Shown here one piece after another: positions 39,859 through 49,580 of a DNA stretch of 64,000 nucleotides; the stretch's first letter is position 1, and each line of letters starts with the position of its first letter. Under the pieces are notes generated by a model that was not told the DNA's origin, ran no database searches, and saw nothing but the letters and a program-made list of their open reading frames with translations. This DNA comes from Clostridia bacterium (lineage in GTDB: Bacteria > Bacillota > Clostridia > Christensenellales > Aristaeellaceae), in NCBI GenBank assembly GCA_036756425.1, contig DAIOLC010000001.1, positions 6,023 to 70,022 on the forward strand, given 5' to 3'. The translations under genes and the position numbers were made by a program.

Positions 39859-40929
39859 TCAGGGCGTGCCCTCCTCCGCCACGGTAAAGGTGTCCTCAAA
39901 CAGGAAATTGTGCAGCATCTCCCTGTTTTTTTCATAGTCCGGCAGCTGGCCGGAACCGTTGGCGTAGGTGAAGGGCACCACGGCGCCGTCCGCCGGGAGC
40001 CGGAACTGCTCCACCGTAGCGTTGCGCAGCGCATAGGCCACGCGGAAGGCCTCCATCAGGTCCAGCATGGTCAGGTTGGTGGAGGCGCGGCGGGTGTCCG
40101 GGTTCCTGGGCGGCGAACCGAAGGTGAAGATGCCGTTGTTCCGGATGCCCTCGTAGGTATAGGACTTGTCGAAAGGCTCCTCCCAGATGCGCAGGATGTC
40201 GCTGAGCAGTTTCTGGGCGCCGGGCATGTCCAGCCCGCTCAAGGAGCCGCCCAGGCTGCTGAGCACGTTGCGCGCCCTGAACGTGCGCCCGTAGTCCTGC
40301 GTGTCCAGGTCGTTGGACGCGCGCCGCTTGCGGATGCGCATGTAGATGACTGCGGCGAAACCGTTCAAATGGTACTCCCCGGGCTTGTTCAGGACGGGCT
40401 GCGTGCTGCCCACGGGGACGGCCCAGTTCTGCAGGTAATGCACCTCGTCGCTGGTCAGCCGGACGGTGACGCCGCCCGCCGCATCGACGATTTCCATGAT
40501 GTGCCGCCAGTCCATCAGCACGTACTTGTCAATCCGGAGCCCCAGATGGCTGTTGAGGGTGTCCAGCAGCGCCTGGATGCCGTAGAGCCGGACGATGCGG
40601 TTGATGCGGCCCGGGTTGCCATCCGGCCGGATGACCAGCATGTCCCGGATGATGGAGGTGACCATCACCCGCCCGGTTACCTCGTCGAGCGTCAGGAGCA
40701 CCAGCCCGTCGTTGTACCCCGGGTTTTCCGGGTTGTTCTGCCACTTGTCCATGCTGATCAGCAGGTAATGGCGAATGCCCTGCGGGGTGGGGGGAATGTC
40801 CTGCGGCTCCAGCCGTGAGATGTGGTCGAGCAGGTACAGGCGGTCGTCCCTTGGCGCCGCCACGGCGGCAGGCAGGCAGGCCGTCAGCGCCACCGCCCAG
40901 CATAACAGAAGGCACAGGGCTTTTTTCAT
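39859..40929 (-). CDS. LCP (LytR-CpsA-Psr) family cell-wall glycopolymer ligase
   Basis: It has a signal/anchor. NDGLVLLTLDEVTGRVMVTSIIRDMLV...INRIVRLYG...IDKYVLMDW is typical of the LCP core. Confidence 0.8.
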   Translation of the reverse strand: MKKALCLLLCWAVALTACLPAAVAAPRDDRLYLLDHISRLEPQDIPPTPQGIRHYLLISMDKWQNNPENPGYNDGLVLLTLDEVTGRVMVTSIIRDMLVIRPDGNPGRINRIVRLYGIQALLDTLNSHLGLRIDKYVLMDWRHIMEIVDAAGGVTVRLTSDEVHYLQNWAVPVGSTQPVLNKPGEYHLNGFAAVIYMRIRKRRASNDLDTQDYGRTFRARNVLSSLGGSLSGLDMPGAQKLLSDILRIWEEPFDKSYTYEGIRNNGIFTFGSPPRNPDTRRASTNLTMLDLMEAFRVAYALRNATVEQFRLPADGAVVPFTYANGSGQLPDYEKNREMLHNFLFEDTFTVAEEGTP

Positions 40930-41396
40930 ACGTTCGGCGCTTCGTAGCGCTCCAGGGAGACGCCGGCCTCGCCCAGCACCTCCAGCGCGAAGGCGTCCGG
41001 GTAGCCCTGCTCGTACACGATGCGGCGGATGCCGGCGTTGACCAGGATTTTCGCGCAGACCGAGCAGGGCTGGTGCGTGCAGTACAGGGTTCCGTTGTCG
41101 ATGGAAATGCCCAGCTTCGCGGCCTGGATAACCGCGTTTTGCTCCGCATGGATGGCGTAACAGACCTCCAGCCGCGTGCCGGAGGGGATGTTCAGCTTGC
41201 GCCTGAGGCAGTAGCCCCGTTCCTTGCAGGTCATGGTGCCCGCGGCCGCCCCGTTGTAACCTGTGGTCATCACGCGCTTATCCTTTACGACGACCGCGCC
41301 GATGGAGCGGCCTTCATTGATGCAGCTGCTCCAGGTCGCCACCAGATGGGCCATTTCCATAAACCGGTGATCCCACTTATCCACGCCGACCTCCAT
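40926..41396 (-). CDS. comEB: Deoxycytidylate (dCMP) deaminase, ComEB-type
   Basis: Zinc motifs HAEQNA and PCSVCAKILVNAGI. Length is 156 aa. An ATGA overlap couples it to the LCP gene. Confidence 0.85.
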   Translation of the reverse strand: MEVGVDKWDHRFMEMAHLVATWSSCINEGRSIGAVVVKDKRVMTTGYNGAAAGTMTCKERGYCLRRKLNIPSGTRLEVCYAIHAEQNAVIQAAKLGISIDNGTLYCTHQPCSVCAKILVNAGIRRIVYEQGYPDAFALEVLGEAGVSLERYEAPNV

Positions 41397-41399
41397 GCA

Positions 41400-43073
41400 T
41401 CATGCGTTTTTCTTCTGCTGTACGGCTTCCGCCTGCGCAATTCGGGCGTTCAGGCGTCCGCGCAGGTCCAGCAGCCACACTTCGTTGAGCGTCTCCTCTG
41501 ATTCCCCAGGCTTTGTGCTGATTCCTTCCCCTATAAGCGTGAGCACGGCGTCCCTTCCCTCGAGGGACTCCAGCTTCTGCAGCGCGGCCAGGTCCTGCAT
41601 CGCGTGCTGGAAAAGCATCAGGCGGAGGGATTCCTCCGGCTGGCCGCCTTCTGCCGGATACACCAGGAAGGCGCTGCCCGCCGGCCCCAGGCCGTCGTTG
41701 TCCGTGTTGAGGTAGGGGTCGGTCAGATAGCGGGAACCGGCGGAGAAATAGTAGTTGTAGCCGTTGACGATGAACCCGTCGGCGCCTATTTGGTACAGCT
41801 TGACGCCCAGCATCCTGGACACGCAGGCGGGCATCGCGATCAGGTCTCCGCTGTCCGCGCCTGCGGCTGACCGTGTGTGGCAAACCCATCGTTCCTCCGC
41901 TGAATAGCCGGAGAACGCGCCCGGGCGGCTGACCGGCGCAATCGGGATGACCCCGCCTTCATCCGCCAGGAACTCCGGACCGTCTAGCACGTCGGCAATC
42001 CGGACGCCCGGCAGAAGGGGCGTGACGGCCTTCACCAGCGCCTTGTACTGCTCCCTTTCCGCAGCCAGCGGAAGCTCGGCCACGTGAAAAACGCACTGGC
42101 CGAGCACGTCCAGGTAGCTCAGCTCGCGCATCAGCGCGGGCAGGTAGGCTGCCAGGAAATCCAGGTATTCCGGCGATGCCGCGTCGGTCTGCCAGCCGAA
42201 CAGCTGCGTGTAGGCGCCGTCCTTGACGCCCATGATTTTCGGGGCGCTGAGCCTGCCACAGCCCGCTGCCGCCAGGGGCGCCATCTCGAAATACCGGATG
42301 CCTTCGTGCCGGCACAGCGCGATAAAGTCCCGCAGCTTTCCGAACCGGAAGGTGTATCCCAGCGGCGTCACGAATACCTCCGCCAATTGGGCGGTCATCC
42401 GTTCCTCCCCCGGGGCGGTATCCAGCGGCGGCGTATGGATGGGGGTGAGCATCATGTTCATCCCGCGCTTCGCGGACAAGGCGACAAAGTTGCGCAGGAT
42501 GCGGTTGTGCTCGACGGAGAACACCGGTACGTGATAATGCGACGCGAGGCAATCCGCATTCAGCCGTCCGGACGCCTTCAGGCGCTGCCGCGGCGACTCC
42601 GCCTTCAGCAGTTCGATCTGCGTCTCCGCCTGCGCAAGGACGTTCCCCTCCTTATCCAGGAGACGGACGGACAGGCTGTACAAGCCCGGCGTGGCATCCG
42701 GCTCCGGCTCGACGTCCAGCCACAGCGCTTCCCACCGCCCCGGGTACAGCCGCAGCCCCATCTCCGGGTGGAAGGCACGCAGCAAATCAGGGAGCACGCC
42801 GCCGGGCACGGCCGCCGCGCTTCCCCGCAAGGCGAACGGGTAGCGGACCGGAACGCCGAACACGCGCCGCGCCTGCACCGGCAGGTCGCAGTCCACCCGC
42901 ACGCTGACGGCGGGCAGCTCGTCGCCGTCGTACGCTTCCAGCCGGTAGGCGGCCTGAAGCGACAGCGTTTCCCCCCGGAGCATGCTGAGGGGCACGCCGC
43001 CTGGGTATTCAAGGGGCGCCTGGTCGTGACGGACCTTGGTCAGCGGACTGACCAGCGCCAACCGGATGTTCAA
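41400..43073 (-). CDS. Cytoplasmic 557-aa protein, tentatively DUF4091/glycoside-hydrolase-like
   Basis: TTG start preceded by AAAGGAGG. There is no signal peptide. The family name is from memory of overall size and composition only. Confidence 0.45.
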   Translation of the reverse strand: MNIRLALVSPLTKVRHDQAPLEYPGGVPLSMLRGETLSLQAAYRLEAYDGDELPAVSVRVDCDLPVQARRVFGVPVRYPFALRGSAAAVPGGVLPDLLRAFHPEMGLRLYPGRWEALWLDVEPEPDATPGLYSLSVRLLDKEGNVLAQAETQIELLKAESPRQRLKASGRLNADCLASHYHVPVFSVEHNRILRNFVALSAKRGMNMMLTPIHTPPLDTAPGEERMTAQLAEVFVTPLGYTFRFGKLRDFIALCRHEGIRYFEMAPLAAAGCGRLSAPKIMGVKDGAYTQLFGWQTDAASPEYLDFLAAYLPALMRELSYLDVLGQCVFHVAELPLAAEREQYKALVKAVTPLLPGVRIADVLDGPEFLADEGGVIPIAPVSRPGAFSGYSAEERWVCHTRSAAGADSGDLIAMPACVSRMLGVKLYQIGADGFIVNGYNYYFSAGSRYLTDPYLNTDNDGLGPAGSAFLVYPAEGGQPEESLRLMLFQHAMQDLAALQKLESLEGRDAVLTLIGEGISTKPGESEETLNEVWLLDLRGRLNARIAQAEAVQQKKNA

Positions 43074-43164
43074 CCGCTTTCCTCCTTTAGGCGTTCCTTG
43101 AGCCGGCCTTTCCCGGTGAGCCGGGCCACCGCCGGATAACTGCGCGTTTTTGCTGGAACCACCG

Positions 43165-43971
43165 TCACCCGATGTTCACGTGGGGAATGGCGTTGATGAT
43201 GCGCTTCCTGCTTCCCCCCAGCGAACGCATCAGCCCCATCTGCGGCGCGTTTGCTGCAAAGACCTGGGTCACGGCGGAATGAACCCCCCGCTGGGCCAGC
43301 AAATCCGCCCCCGCCTGCAGCAGCGCCTTTCCCACCCCGCGGCGGCGCATGTCGCGCTGCACATAAAGCATGACCAGGGCGGCAGTGTCCGGGCTGGCGC
43401 CGGTCGCCAGCATCTCGGCAACGGGATGTCCGGCCCGGTAGAAACCCAGCGCCAGGAAATAGGGCTGCTGCATCTGCAGGGTCAGGAAATCGTGCGGGAT
43501 GGGGGACAGGCGGTGCCGGTTGAGCCTTGCGACAAAATTCTGCTGGTCCTGGAGGGTCTGCAGGGCGACGGAAGCAAATTCGCAACCCATCGGCGCCTGA
43601 AACCCGCCCCGCGGCAGCGGGAAGACGTACTCCTCCCGCGCGTCACCGGCGGAAAAGCCATTTTGCGTATAAAACGTGGTCAGGTCAAACTGTGTCGGGG
43701 AAATTTCGGTGTAGATGCGGCCCTTGAGTTGGGGAAAGCCGGCGCGGATCTGCTCTGCCCTGCCCAGCAGCGCGCCCAGCAGCAGGTTGCGCGCGGACGC
43801 CTGGGACTGGATATCGATATACAGCTGCAGGGGGCGTTCCGGGTAGATTTCCTCCTGCATGTTCAGGATAATATAGGCGACGCCCATCTGGACGTACTGG
43901 TCGTTCGCAGCGAAGAAGACGTCTTCGGCGGGGATTCCCTGGAAAGGTGCCTGGGGATGAGATAGGCGCAT
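43165..43971 (-). CDS. GNAT-family N-acetyltransferase (tandem GNAT-like halves)
   Basis: The C-terminal half has the acetyl-CoA motif VQRDMRRRGVGKALL. The ATG at 43971 is preceded by AGGAG at a 5-nt spacing. The track GTG at 44019 has no RBS. Confidence 0.7.
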   Translation of the reverse strand: MRLSHPQAPFQGIPAEDVFFAANDQYVQMGVAYIILNMQEEIYPERPLQLYIDIQSQASARNLLLGALLGRAEQIRAGFPQLKGRIYTEISPTQFDLTTFYTQNGFSAGDAREEYVFPLPRGGFQAPMGCEFASVALQTLQDQQNFVARLNRHRLSPIPHDFLTLQMQQPYFLALGFYRAGHPVAEMLATGASPDTAALVMLYVQRDMRRRGVGKALLQAGADLLAQRGVHSAVTQVFAANAPQMGLMRSLGGSRKRIINAIPHVNIG

Positions 43972-44009
43972 ACGGTCTCCTGTCCTTGCCTGCGGCTTGA
44001 CGCCGGCGC

Positions 44010-45476
44010 TTATTGCCACTCGGATTGCTGCAGGGTGTCCCCCGGGGTCAGGTCATACACGATTTTCGCGATGCCCGGGTAATCCGAGAGCATCCGGGCG
44101 GTATACCTTTCCAGCAGGTCCCAGGGCAGCCTGGCGGGGAGGGCGCGCACGTCGCCCCCCTGATGGCTGGCTGTTACGGCGCGCAGCGCGATGACGGGCG
44201 CTTTCTCGCGGTTCTGGTACGGGGCTTCGTACAACATGGCGAAATACTTCCAAAAGCGCTTCGCAAGGCCGGATTCCCGGATTTCCTCCCCGAACAGGGC
44301 GTCCGCCCTGCGAAGCAGGTCCAGTTTCTCCTTCGTGCATTCGCCCACGACGCGCAGCGCCAGCCCTGTCCAGGGGAAAGACTGCATCCGGGTCAGCTCC
44401 GAGGGCATGCCCAGGGCCTCGCCCACCGCGCGGATTTCTTCCTTGAACAGCTCCGCCAATGGCGCGAGGACCGGCTTGTCCGTATTGACGTGCGGATGCC
44501 GTTGCGCATCGCGCGTGTCGGAGAGCAGGGAGGAGCCGGAGGTGGAGCGGATGAGCAGGTCGAAATTCATCGAGCCGACGGTTTCGTCCAGCACGCTTTG
44601 CAGCGTGTCCATCACACGGGCGCGCTTTTCCTCCTGCTTCCTGACACCCTTGAGCGCCTGGAGGAAGCGTTCTTCGGCCTGGATGATGCGCAGGTTGAGC
44701 CCGGCGTTCTGGTAATAGGCCGAAAACTCGTCCACCTCGCCCTCGCGCAGCAGCCCGGTGTCGACGAACACGCACTGAAGCCGGCTGCCCAGCGCGCGGT
44801 GCGCGAGGAGCGCGCAGACCCCGCTGTCCAGCCCGCCGCTCATCACGCAAAGTGCGTTCCCCTCAGGGACGGCGGCCTGGATGTCCGCGCGGGCTTTGGA
44901 AATGAAGGCGTCCTCCCCCCACCACCGGGTCGCTCCGCATACGCCCAGGCAAAACTGCAATAGCAGGCTCATGATGTCCGGGTCGTTCTGCTCCAATTGG
45001 CATTGCAGGGCAAAAATATCCAGCGTTTTGTGCATGACGCCCAGCACCTCGCCGTCCAGCTCGGCCAGCGGCTCGAGGTCGTCCGACACGCCAAGCGGCC
45101 GCACGGTGGCAAACATCCGCTCGGACTCGCCCAAGTCCTCCGTGATCCGGGAGGGCAGGAAGGTCAGCGTGTCGACGTCGTTGATCGTCCGCGCCTCCCC
45201 GGCCTGGCCGCCCAGCAGGCCGGCGACCGCGACGGCCGTGTCCCCCAGGGCCAGGACGGGCATTCCGGTGCGCAGCAGCTGGCCGTCCAGGGCCAGGGGC
45301 TCGCTCCCGCTGATACCGCCGGCCAGCACCAGGCCCAGCGCTTCCTCCGCGACGAGGCGCTCCACCGGGGTGTCCCCCGGCAGGATTTTACAGTAAATCT
45401 TTTCCGCCCGCAGCCTGGAGGCGATCAGGGCGGCATAGGAGGGGTCGAACCCCAAAACCAGTATCTGATCCCGCAT
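44010..45476 (-). CDS. GMP-synthase-like protein: intact ATP-pyrophosphatase P-loop, degenerate glutamine amidotransferase domain
   Basis: It is collinear with GuaA. SGGLDSG (P-loop) and the C-terminal ...IVYDLTPGDTLQQSEWQ tail are retained. GICYGMQ is replaced by LALGDTA, and QFHPE by QCQLE. Confidence 0.8.
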   Translation of the reverse strand: MRDQILVLGFDPSYAALIASRLRAEKIYCKILPGDTPVERLVAEEALGLVLAGGISGSEPLALDGQLLRTGMPVLALGDTAVAVAGLLGGQAGEARTINDVDTLTFLPSRITEDLGESERMFATVRPLGVSDDLEPLAELDGEVLGVMHKTLDIFALQCQLEQNDPDIMSLLLQFCLGVCGATRWWGEDAFISKARADIQAAVPEGNALCVMSGGLDSGVCALLAHRALGSRLQCVFVDTGLLREGEVDEFSAYYQNAGLNLRIIQAEERFLQALKGVRKQEEKRARVMDTLQSVLDETVGSMNFDLLIRSTSGSSLLSDTRDAQRHPHVNTDKPVLAPLAELFKEEIRAVGEALGMPSELTRMQSFPWTGLALRVVGECTKEKLDLLRRADALFGEEIRESGLAKRFWKYFAMLYEAPYQNREKAPVIALRAVTASHQGGDVRALPARLPWDLLERYTARMLSDYPGIAKIVYDLTPGDTLQQSEWQ

Positions 45477-45489
45477 TCCCGCTCCTCCG

Positions 45490-46395
45490 TTATACCGCGC
45501 CGTCCACGGTCCAAAACTCGGTGTGCTCCATCATCCACCGATGGGCGAACTGCGCCAGGGCCAGCTGCGTCTGCTGGTTGGCGATGCCCGTCTGGGGCAG
45601 GCTGACGATTCCCTGGAAGGCGCGGACGGCCTCCTGGGTGCGGTGGTTGTATACGCCGGTCAGGTCGGCGTCCCCCAGCAGGCGGATGGTCGCCAGCTGC
45701 TCCTGCAGCCTTGTCACCTTGACGGAATCCGCCCCGCCGCGCAGCACGATGTCCGCCAGGTCGTGCACGGTGCCGTAGCCCTGGATGCGCCAGTCATCCA
45801 GCCGGTACTGCGCGCGCTGCACTTTGTCCGGGTTGTTGCCCTCAATGGCCTGTACGATGACCTGCCCGGCGCTGTCGCGGAAGCACCGCTCCACCATCGC
45901 CACGTGGGTGGTGTCCCCGCTGGGGGTATACGAGAAGAACATCCAGTCGCCCGGCTGGGGCACATAGCTGTTCTTTTCCATCTGCGTTTCCTGGCCCTTG
46001 AACCACTGGCTGCCCCATTCCGACACAAAGCCCGTCCGGGCGATGTACCGGCCCTGCTTCAGGTACCAGTCCCGCCCGATATTGGTCGCCCCGTACAGCG
46101 GGAAGGTCTCCTGCAGCATCTTGACGCCCAGCGCCTCCTCCGTCTGCGCGACGGCCCAGCAGAGGAACTCCGCGCACCACTCCGCGGACGGGTTGCCGTA
46201 CCAGGCGCCATACTTGGTGCGGCCGGCGCTGTCCTCCGTTTCGCCAAGCTCCTGGACGGCCGTTTCGAGCAGGCGGGAGACTTCCTTGGGGACCGGGTAG
46301 GCCGGGGGGATGGGGGTGAGCGGCTCGGCCGTCTGCGCGGAAACGGCGGCCAGCGCCATCAATAAGGCACAGGTCAACGCGGCGAAGCGCTTCAT
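45490..46395 (-). CDS. Secreted CHAP-domain peptidoglycan hydrolase with a C-terminal PG_binding_1 domain
   Basis: Signal peptide MKRFAALTCALLMALAAVSA. The catalytic Cys context is EWCAEFLCWAV, the His is in TTHVAMVE, and EGNN is present. The C-terminus reads VKVTRLQEQL...AVRAFQ. An RBS AAGGAGGA lies upstream of the ATG at 46395. Confidence 0.78.
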   Translation of the reverse strand: MKRFAALTCALLMALAAVSAQTAEPLTPIPPAYPVPKEVSRLLETAVQELGETEDSAGRTKYGAWYGNPSAEWCAEFLCWAVAQTEEALGVKMLQETFPLYGATNIGRDWYLKQGRYIARTGFVSEWGSQWFKGQETQMEKNSYVPQPGDWMFFSYTPSGDTTHVAMVERCFRDSAGQVIVQAIEGNNPDKVQRAQYRLDDWRIQGYGTVHDLADIVLRGGADSVKVTRLQEQLATIRLLGDADLTGVYNHRTQEAVRAFQGIVSLPQTGIANQQTQLALAQFAHRWMMEHTEFWTVDGAV

Positions 46396-46472
46396 CCTCA
46401 TCCTCCTTTGCAAAGACGTGATTCCCGGATTATACAATGACGCCCCGGCGCTGGCAAGCAAGGCGGCCGTGC

Positions 46473-47161
46473 TCAGGGCTGGGGCGCAGGGGGGATGGCC
46501 AGCAACGCTTCATTATAATCCGGAGGGTTCAAACAGCCGTAGGGCAGCCCGAGGGCTGCTTCCGCCTGCCGGCAGGCGCCATTCAGCAGACGTCGCGCGC
46601 CGGCAGCGGCGTCCGCTCCTCCCCGCCCGATTTCCCGAAGCGCCAGCGCGCAGCCGCCCAGAATCCCGTCAAACGCCAGCCGCTGCGCGCTTTCCCCGGA
46701 GAAGGAAGCCAGGTCCGCCTTCGCCAGCCCGGCCAGCAGCCGTGCAAACTCCGGGTAAAAGGCGTCCTCTGTGGCCAGGCGAAGCGCGTGGAGCAGCACC
46801 GGCCCTTCCGAGCGCGCCGTCAGGGCGGCCAGGCTTGCCGCCAGCGCCTCGTCCCCCGGGCGCAGGAGGCAGGCTTCCCGGAGCAGCAGCCCGAGGTCAC
46901 GCAGCGGGTTCCCGCTTCTTTCGGCCTCGTAACGCTCCACCGCCTTGCGGGTCCGCTCACGGCCGACGCCCGCCAGCACGTCCAGCTTGCCCTCGAAATG
47001 GTGGTAAAAGCTTCCCTTGCTGCAGCCAAGCCGGTTCAGGATGTCCTGGATGGTGACGGCGTCGTAGCCCCGGCTGAAAAACAGCGAGGCGGCGGTTTCC
47101 AGGATTTCCTTCCTGCGCCGCTCGCCCTTGCTCAGGGGGGCGTTCCTTTTCGTATTGACAA
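46473..47161 (-). CDS. TetR/AcrR-family regulator; 5' end unresolved (possible frameshift or non-canonical start)
   Basis: The in-frame translation upstream of the first canonical start (GTG at 46979) reads KGERRRKEILETAASLFFSRGYDAVTIQDILNRLGCSKGSFYHHFEGK, a clear TetR HTH. A TTG at 47161 is out of frame by one base relative to it, across a G6 run (47135-47140). Confidence 0.6.
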
Positions 47162-47166
47162 GATGT

Positions 47167-48861
47167 CTAGTTATACTCGATCACCTGCTGCACCATGGGG
47201 TAACGCGAGGTAAACAGCTTCTCCCTCCGGTATTCAGCGCCGTTGCGCAGGAACACGCGGTAGGTGTCCACCACGTACCCCGTCCGCGCTTTTTTCAGCT
47301 CCTTCGTCGTGTTGTAGGGAAGGCTCGGATTCGCCTGCATCACGGGCTCCAGGGGAGGCGGCGTGGAGGAAATCTGCTGCGTTTCCAGCCGGACGGCCTC
47401 CCCGGGTGCGCTGAGCATGCCGTACACCTCCACGTGCACGGCGCGCTTGCTGTAGTAGGCGACGAGGAAGACGGGGGTGTCCTTGTCGTTGCGGAACTTG
47501 AGGTCCAGGTTCGGCCAGTTCACCGCCGCGTCCAGCCCCCGGTCCAGGTAGCTGACCGGCCAGGCGTGCGGGGAGCGGTCCACGATGGTCATGCCCGCCA
47601 GCGCGGCCGCGTTGAACAGCGTGGAGGAGACCTGGCACACGCCCCCACCCACATCGTCGATGAGCACGCCGCCCAGTATCGCCGGCGCGCCCTGGTACCC
47701 CTTCTCGATTGTGCGCTGGCCGGTGGCCTGGTTGAAGGAAAAGGTCTCCCCGGGCATCACGGTCTTGCCGTTGACGGACTGGGACGCCAGGGAGATGTTG
47801 TTGTTGCGGTTTTCGTCGGAAGTCGTCTTGGTGCTGAAGGAAGCCAGCTGCGTAAAGCTGTTCTGCAGGTCCATGCTGCTGACCCGCGGCAGGATGCGTT
47901 CGGTGGCTAGGCTGAGCCGGCCCTGGTAGTTCCCGCTGTCCAGCGCCTGAACCAGCGCGCGTTCGATATCGGCCGGGTTGACGCGGCGCCCCGGCACGTC
48001 CCGGGACACTTTGAACTGGCGGGTGGAGAAATTGAATTCCTCGATTACGGCGTTGACCGGCTCGCGGCTGACCTGTGCCGCGATAGCCTGGGACAGCGCG
48101 CGGACATCCTCGTACCGATAGGAAACGCGGGTGTAGAAGTAGGCTTTTTCCTGCCGGGTCTGCAGCGTGTGCCGCCACCGGATGTCAAAGGGGGTGCTGG
48201 CGCTGCCGATGCCCTGGATGAACCCCTGCCGCCCGATGGACCAGGCTTCGTCCAGAACGGGGGAAACGTTGCGCTCAAAGGGGATTTCCGCCTGCGTAAT
48301 CCGGTAGGCCGCGTCGTCCACCTGCAGCAGGATGTCCAGGCTTGTCTCGCTGGCCGCCGCCTTCTGCTGCAGCGCGGCCTGCGCCTGCTGGCGGTTCATG
48401 CCGCCGACGGGCACCTCGTCCACAAGGATGCCATCAAAGAACACTGCGGGTGCCATGGCCGCCTTTTTGGCCGCGAACGCCGCGGAGGGCTGGTAGGCGC
48501 GGTAAACGGCAAGCAGGACGACCGCCAGCAGCGCCAGGGAAATGACCGCGACCGCCGCCCAGAATGCAGGGAAACGCCTGGGCTGACCCCGGGCGTCCAG
48601 CGCGCCGTATGGTTCTTCCGCATCGGGGCCGTCCTGCCAGTACCAGTCCTGCGGCTGGGCGACAAAGGGCGCCTGCCAGGCGCTGTCCGCCCGCTGCGGG
48701 TCACCCTGCGGAACCGCCCAGTCCGATTCGGTGATGCCCGGGCCACGGGAAGGGCCGGCTGTCGGGGGATAGGCGCCCCCGGCCGCGTCCTGCCGGTAGG
48801 CGGCGCGTCGGACAATCCTGTCATCCTGGAAAGTTGGTTTCGAGCGGTTCCCGCGGCGCAA
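47167..48861 (-). CDS. VanW-family protein (N-terminal TM, PG_binding_4-like, VanW core, G5-like tail)
   Basis: VanW core GGGVCQVSSTLFNAALAAGMTIVDRSPHAWPVSYL..GLDAAVNWP..DLKFRND. Confidence 0.8.
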   Translation of the reverse strand: MRRGNRSKPTFQDDRIVRRAAYRQDAAGGAYPPTAGPSRGPGITESDWAVPQGDPQRADSAWQAPFVAQPQDWYWQDGPDAEEPYGALDARGQPRRFPAFWAAVAVISLALLAVVLLAVYRAYQPSAAFAAKKAAMAPAVFFDGILVDEVPVGGMNRQQAQAALQQKAAASETSLDILLQVDDAAYRITQAEIPFERNVSPVLDEAWSIGRQGFIQGIGSASTPFDIRWRHTLQTRQEKAYFYTRVSYRYEDVRALSQAIAAQVSREPVNAVIEEFNFSTRQFKVSRDVPGRRVNPADIERALVQALDSGNYQGRLSLATERILPRVSSMDLQNSFTQLASFSTKTTSDENRNNNISLASQSVNGKTVMPGETFSFNQATGQRTIEKGYQGAPAILGGVLIDDVGGGVCQVSSTLFNAAALAGMTIVDRSPHAWPVSYLDRGLDAAVNWPNLDLKFRNDKDTPVFLVAYYSKRAVHVEVYGMLSAPGEAVRLETQQISSTPPPLEPVMQANPSLPYNTTKELKKARTGYVVDTYRVFLRNGAEYRREKLFTSRYPMVQQVIEYN

Positions 48862-48955
48862 AGGCGGCCCTCCTGCCTGACGTATTTGGCCCGATTGTAG
48901 GTTTGCGCTGCGGGAATGTCAAGAAACGGCGCGGTGCCGGCCGCCGCCGGCCCGC

Positions 48956-48984
48956 TTGACAACCCGTGCGTCCGCCCCTATGAT
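48956..48984 (+). promoter_or_regulatory. Sigma-70-type promoter candidate for dfx-rubredoxin
   Basis: TTGACA (48956-48961), a 17-nt spacer, then TATGAT (48979-48984). Confidence 0.5.
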
Positions 48985-49014
48985 GTGCGCAGAAGCGTGA
49001 AGGAGGAAAGGGAT

Positions 49015-49383
49015 ATGAAGTTCTACGTTTGCAAGCATTGCGGGAACATCGTCGCCTATGCGTACAATTCCGGCGTCAAGGTGGTCTGCTGCGGCGAGGA
49101 GATGCAGGAGATGGTGCCCGGCACCGTCGACGCGTCCAAGGAAAAGCACGTCCCGGAAGTGACCGTGGAGGGGAACCTGGTCAAGGTCAGGATCGGCTCG
49201 GTCGAACACCCCATGGAAGAAAAGCACTACATCACCTTCATCGCGCTGGAAACGGAGAACGGCAACCAGCGCAAGCCCCTGAAGCCCGGTGACAAGCCGG
49301 AGGCGGTCTTCTCCATCATCCCCGGCGACAAGGTCAAGGCGGTCTATGAGCACTGCAATCTCCACGGCCTTTGGAAGGCCTGA
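49015..49383 (+). CDS. dfx: Desulfoferrodoxin (2Fe superoxide reductase)
   Basis: The ATG at 49015 follows AGGAGG. The N-terminal desulforedoxin-like motif is CKHCGN...VVCCG. Centre II ligands are present ([23 protein letters not shown]). Confidence 0.87.
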   Translation: MKFYVCKHCGNIVAYAYNSGVKVVCCGEEMQEMVPGTVDASKEKHVPEVTVEGNLVKVRIGSVEHPMEEKHYITFIALETENGNQRKPLKPGDKPEAVFSIIPGDKVKAVYEHCNLHGLWKA

Positions 49384-49403
49384 AAATAAAAAAGGAGCGA
49401 CCC

Positions 49404-49565
49404 ATGAAGAAATACGTGTGCGACATCTGCGGCTACATCTACGACGAGGCGGAGGGCGAGCCGGACAACGGCTACGCTCCCGGCACCAAGTGGGAAGACC
49501 TGCCGGACGATTATGAGTGCCCGCTGTGTGGCGCGAGCAAGGACCAGTTCAGCCTGGCCGAGTAA
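49404..49565 (+). CDS. Rubredoxin
   Basis: [15 protein letters not shown]...[20 protein letters not shown] is the canonical CxxCG...CPxCG. Confidence 0.92.
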   Translation: MKKYVCDICGYIYDEAEGEPDNGYAPGTKWEDLPDDYECPLCGASKDQFSLAE

Positions 49566-49580
49566 AACCCAAAGCCAACC

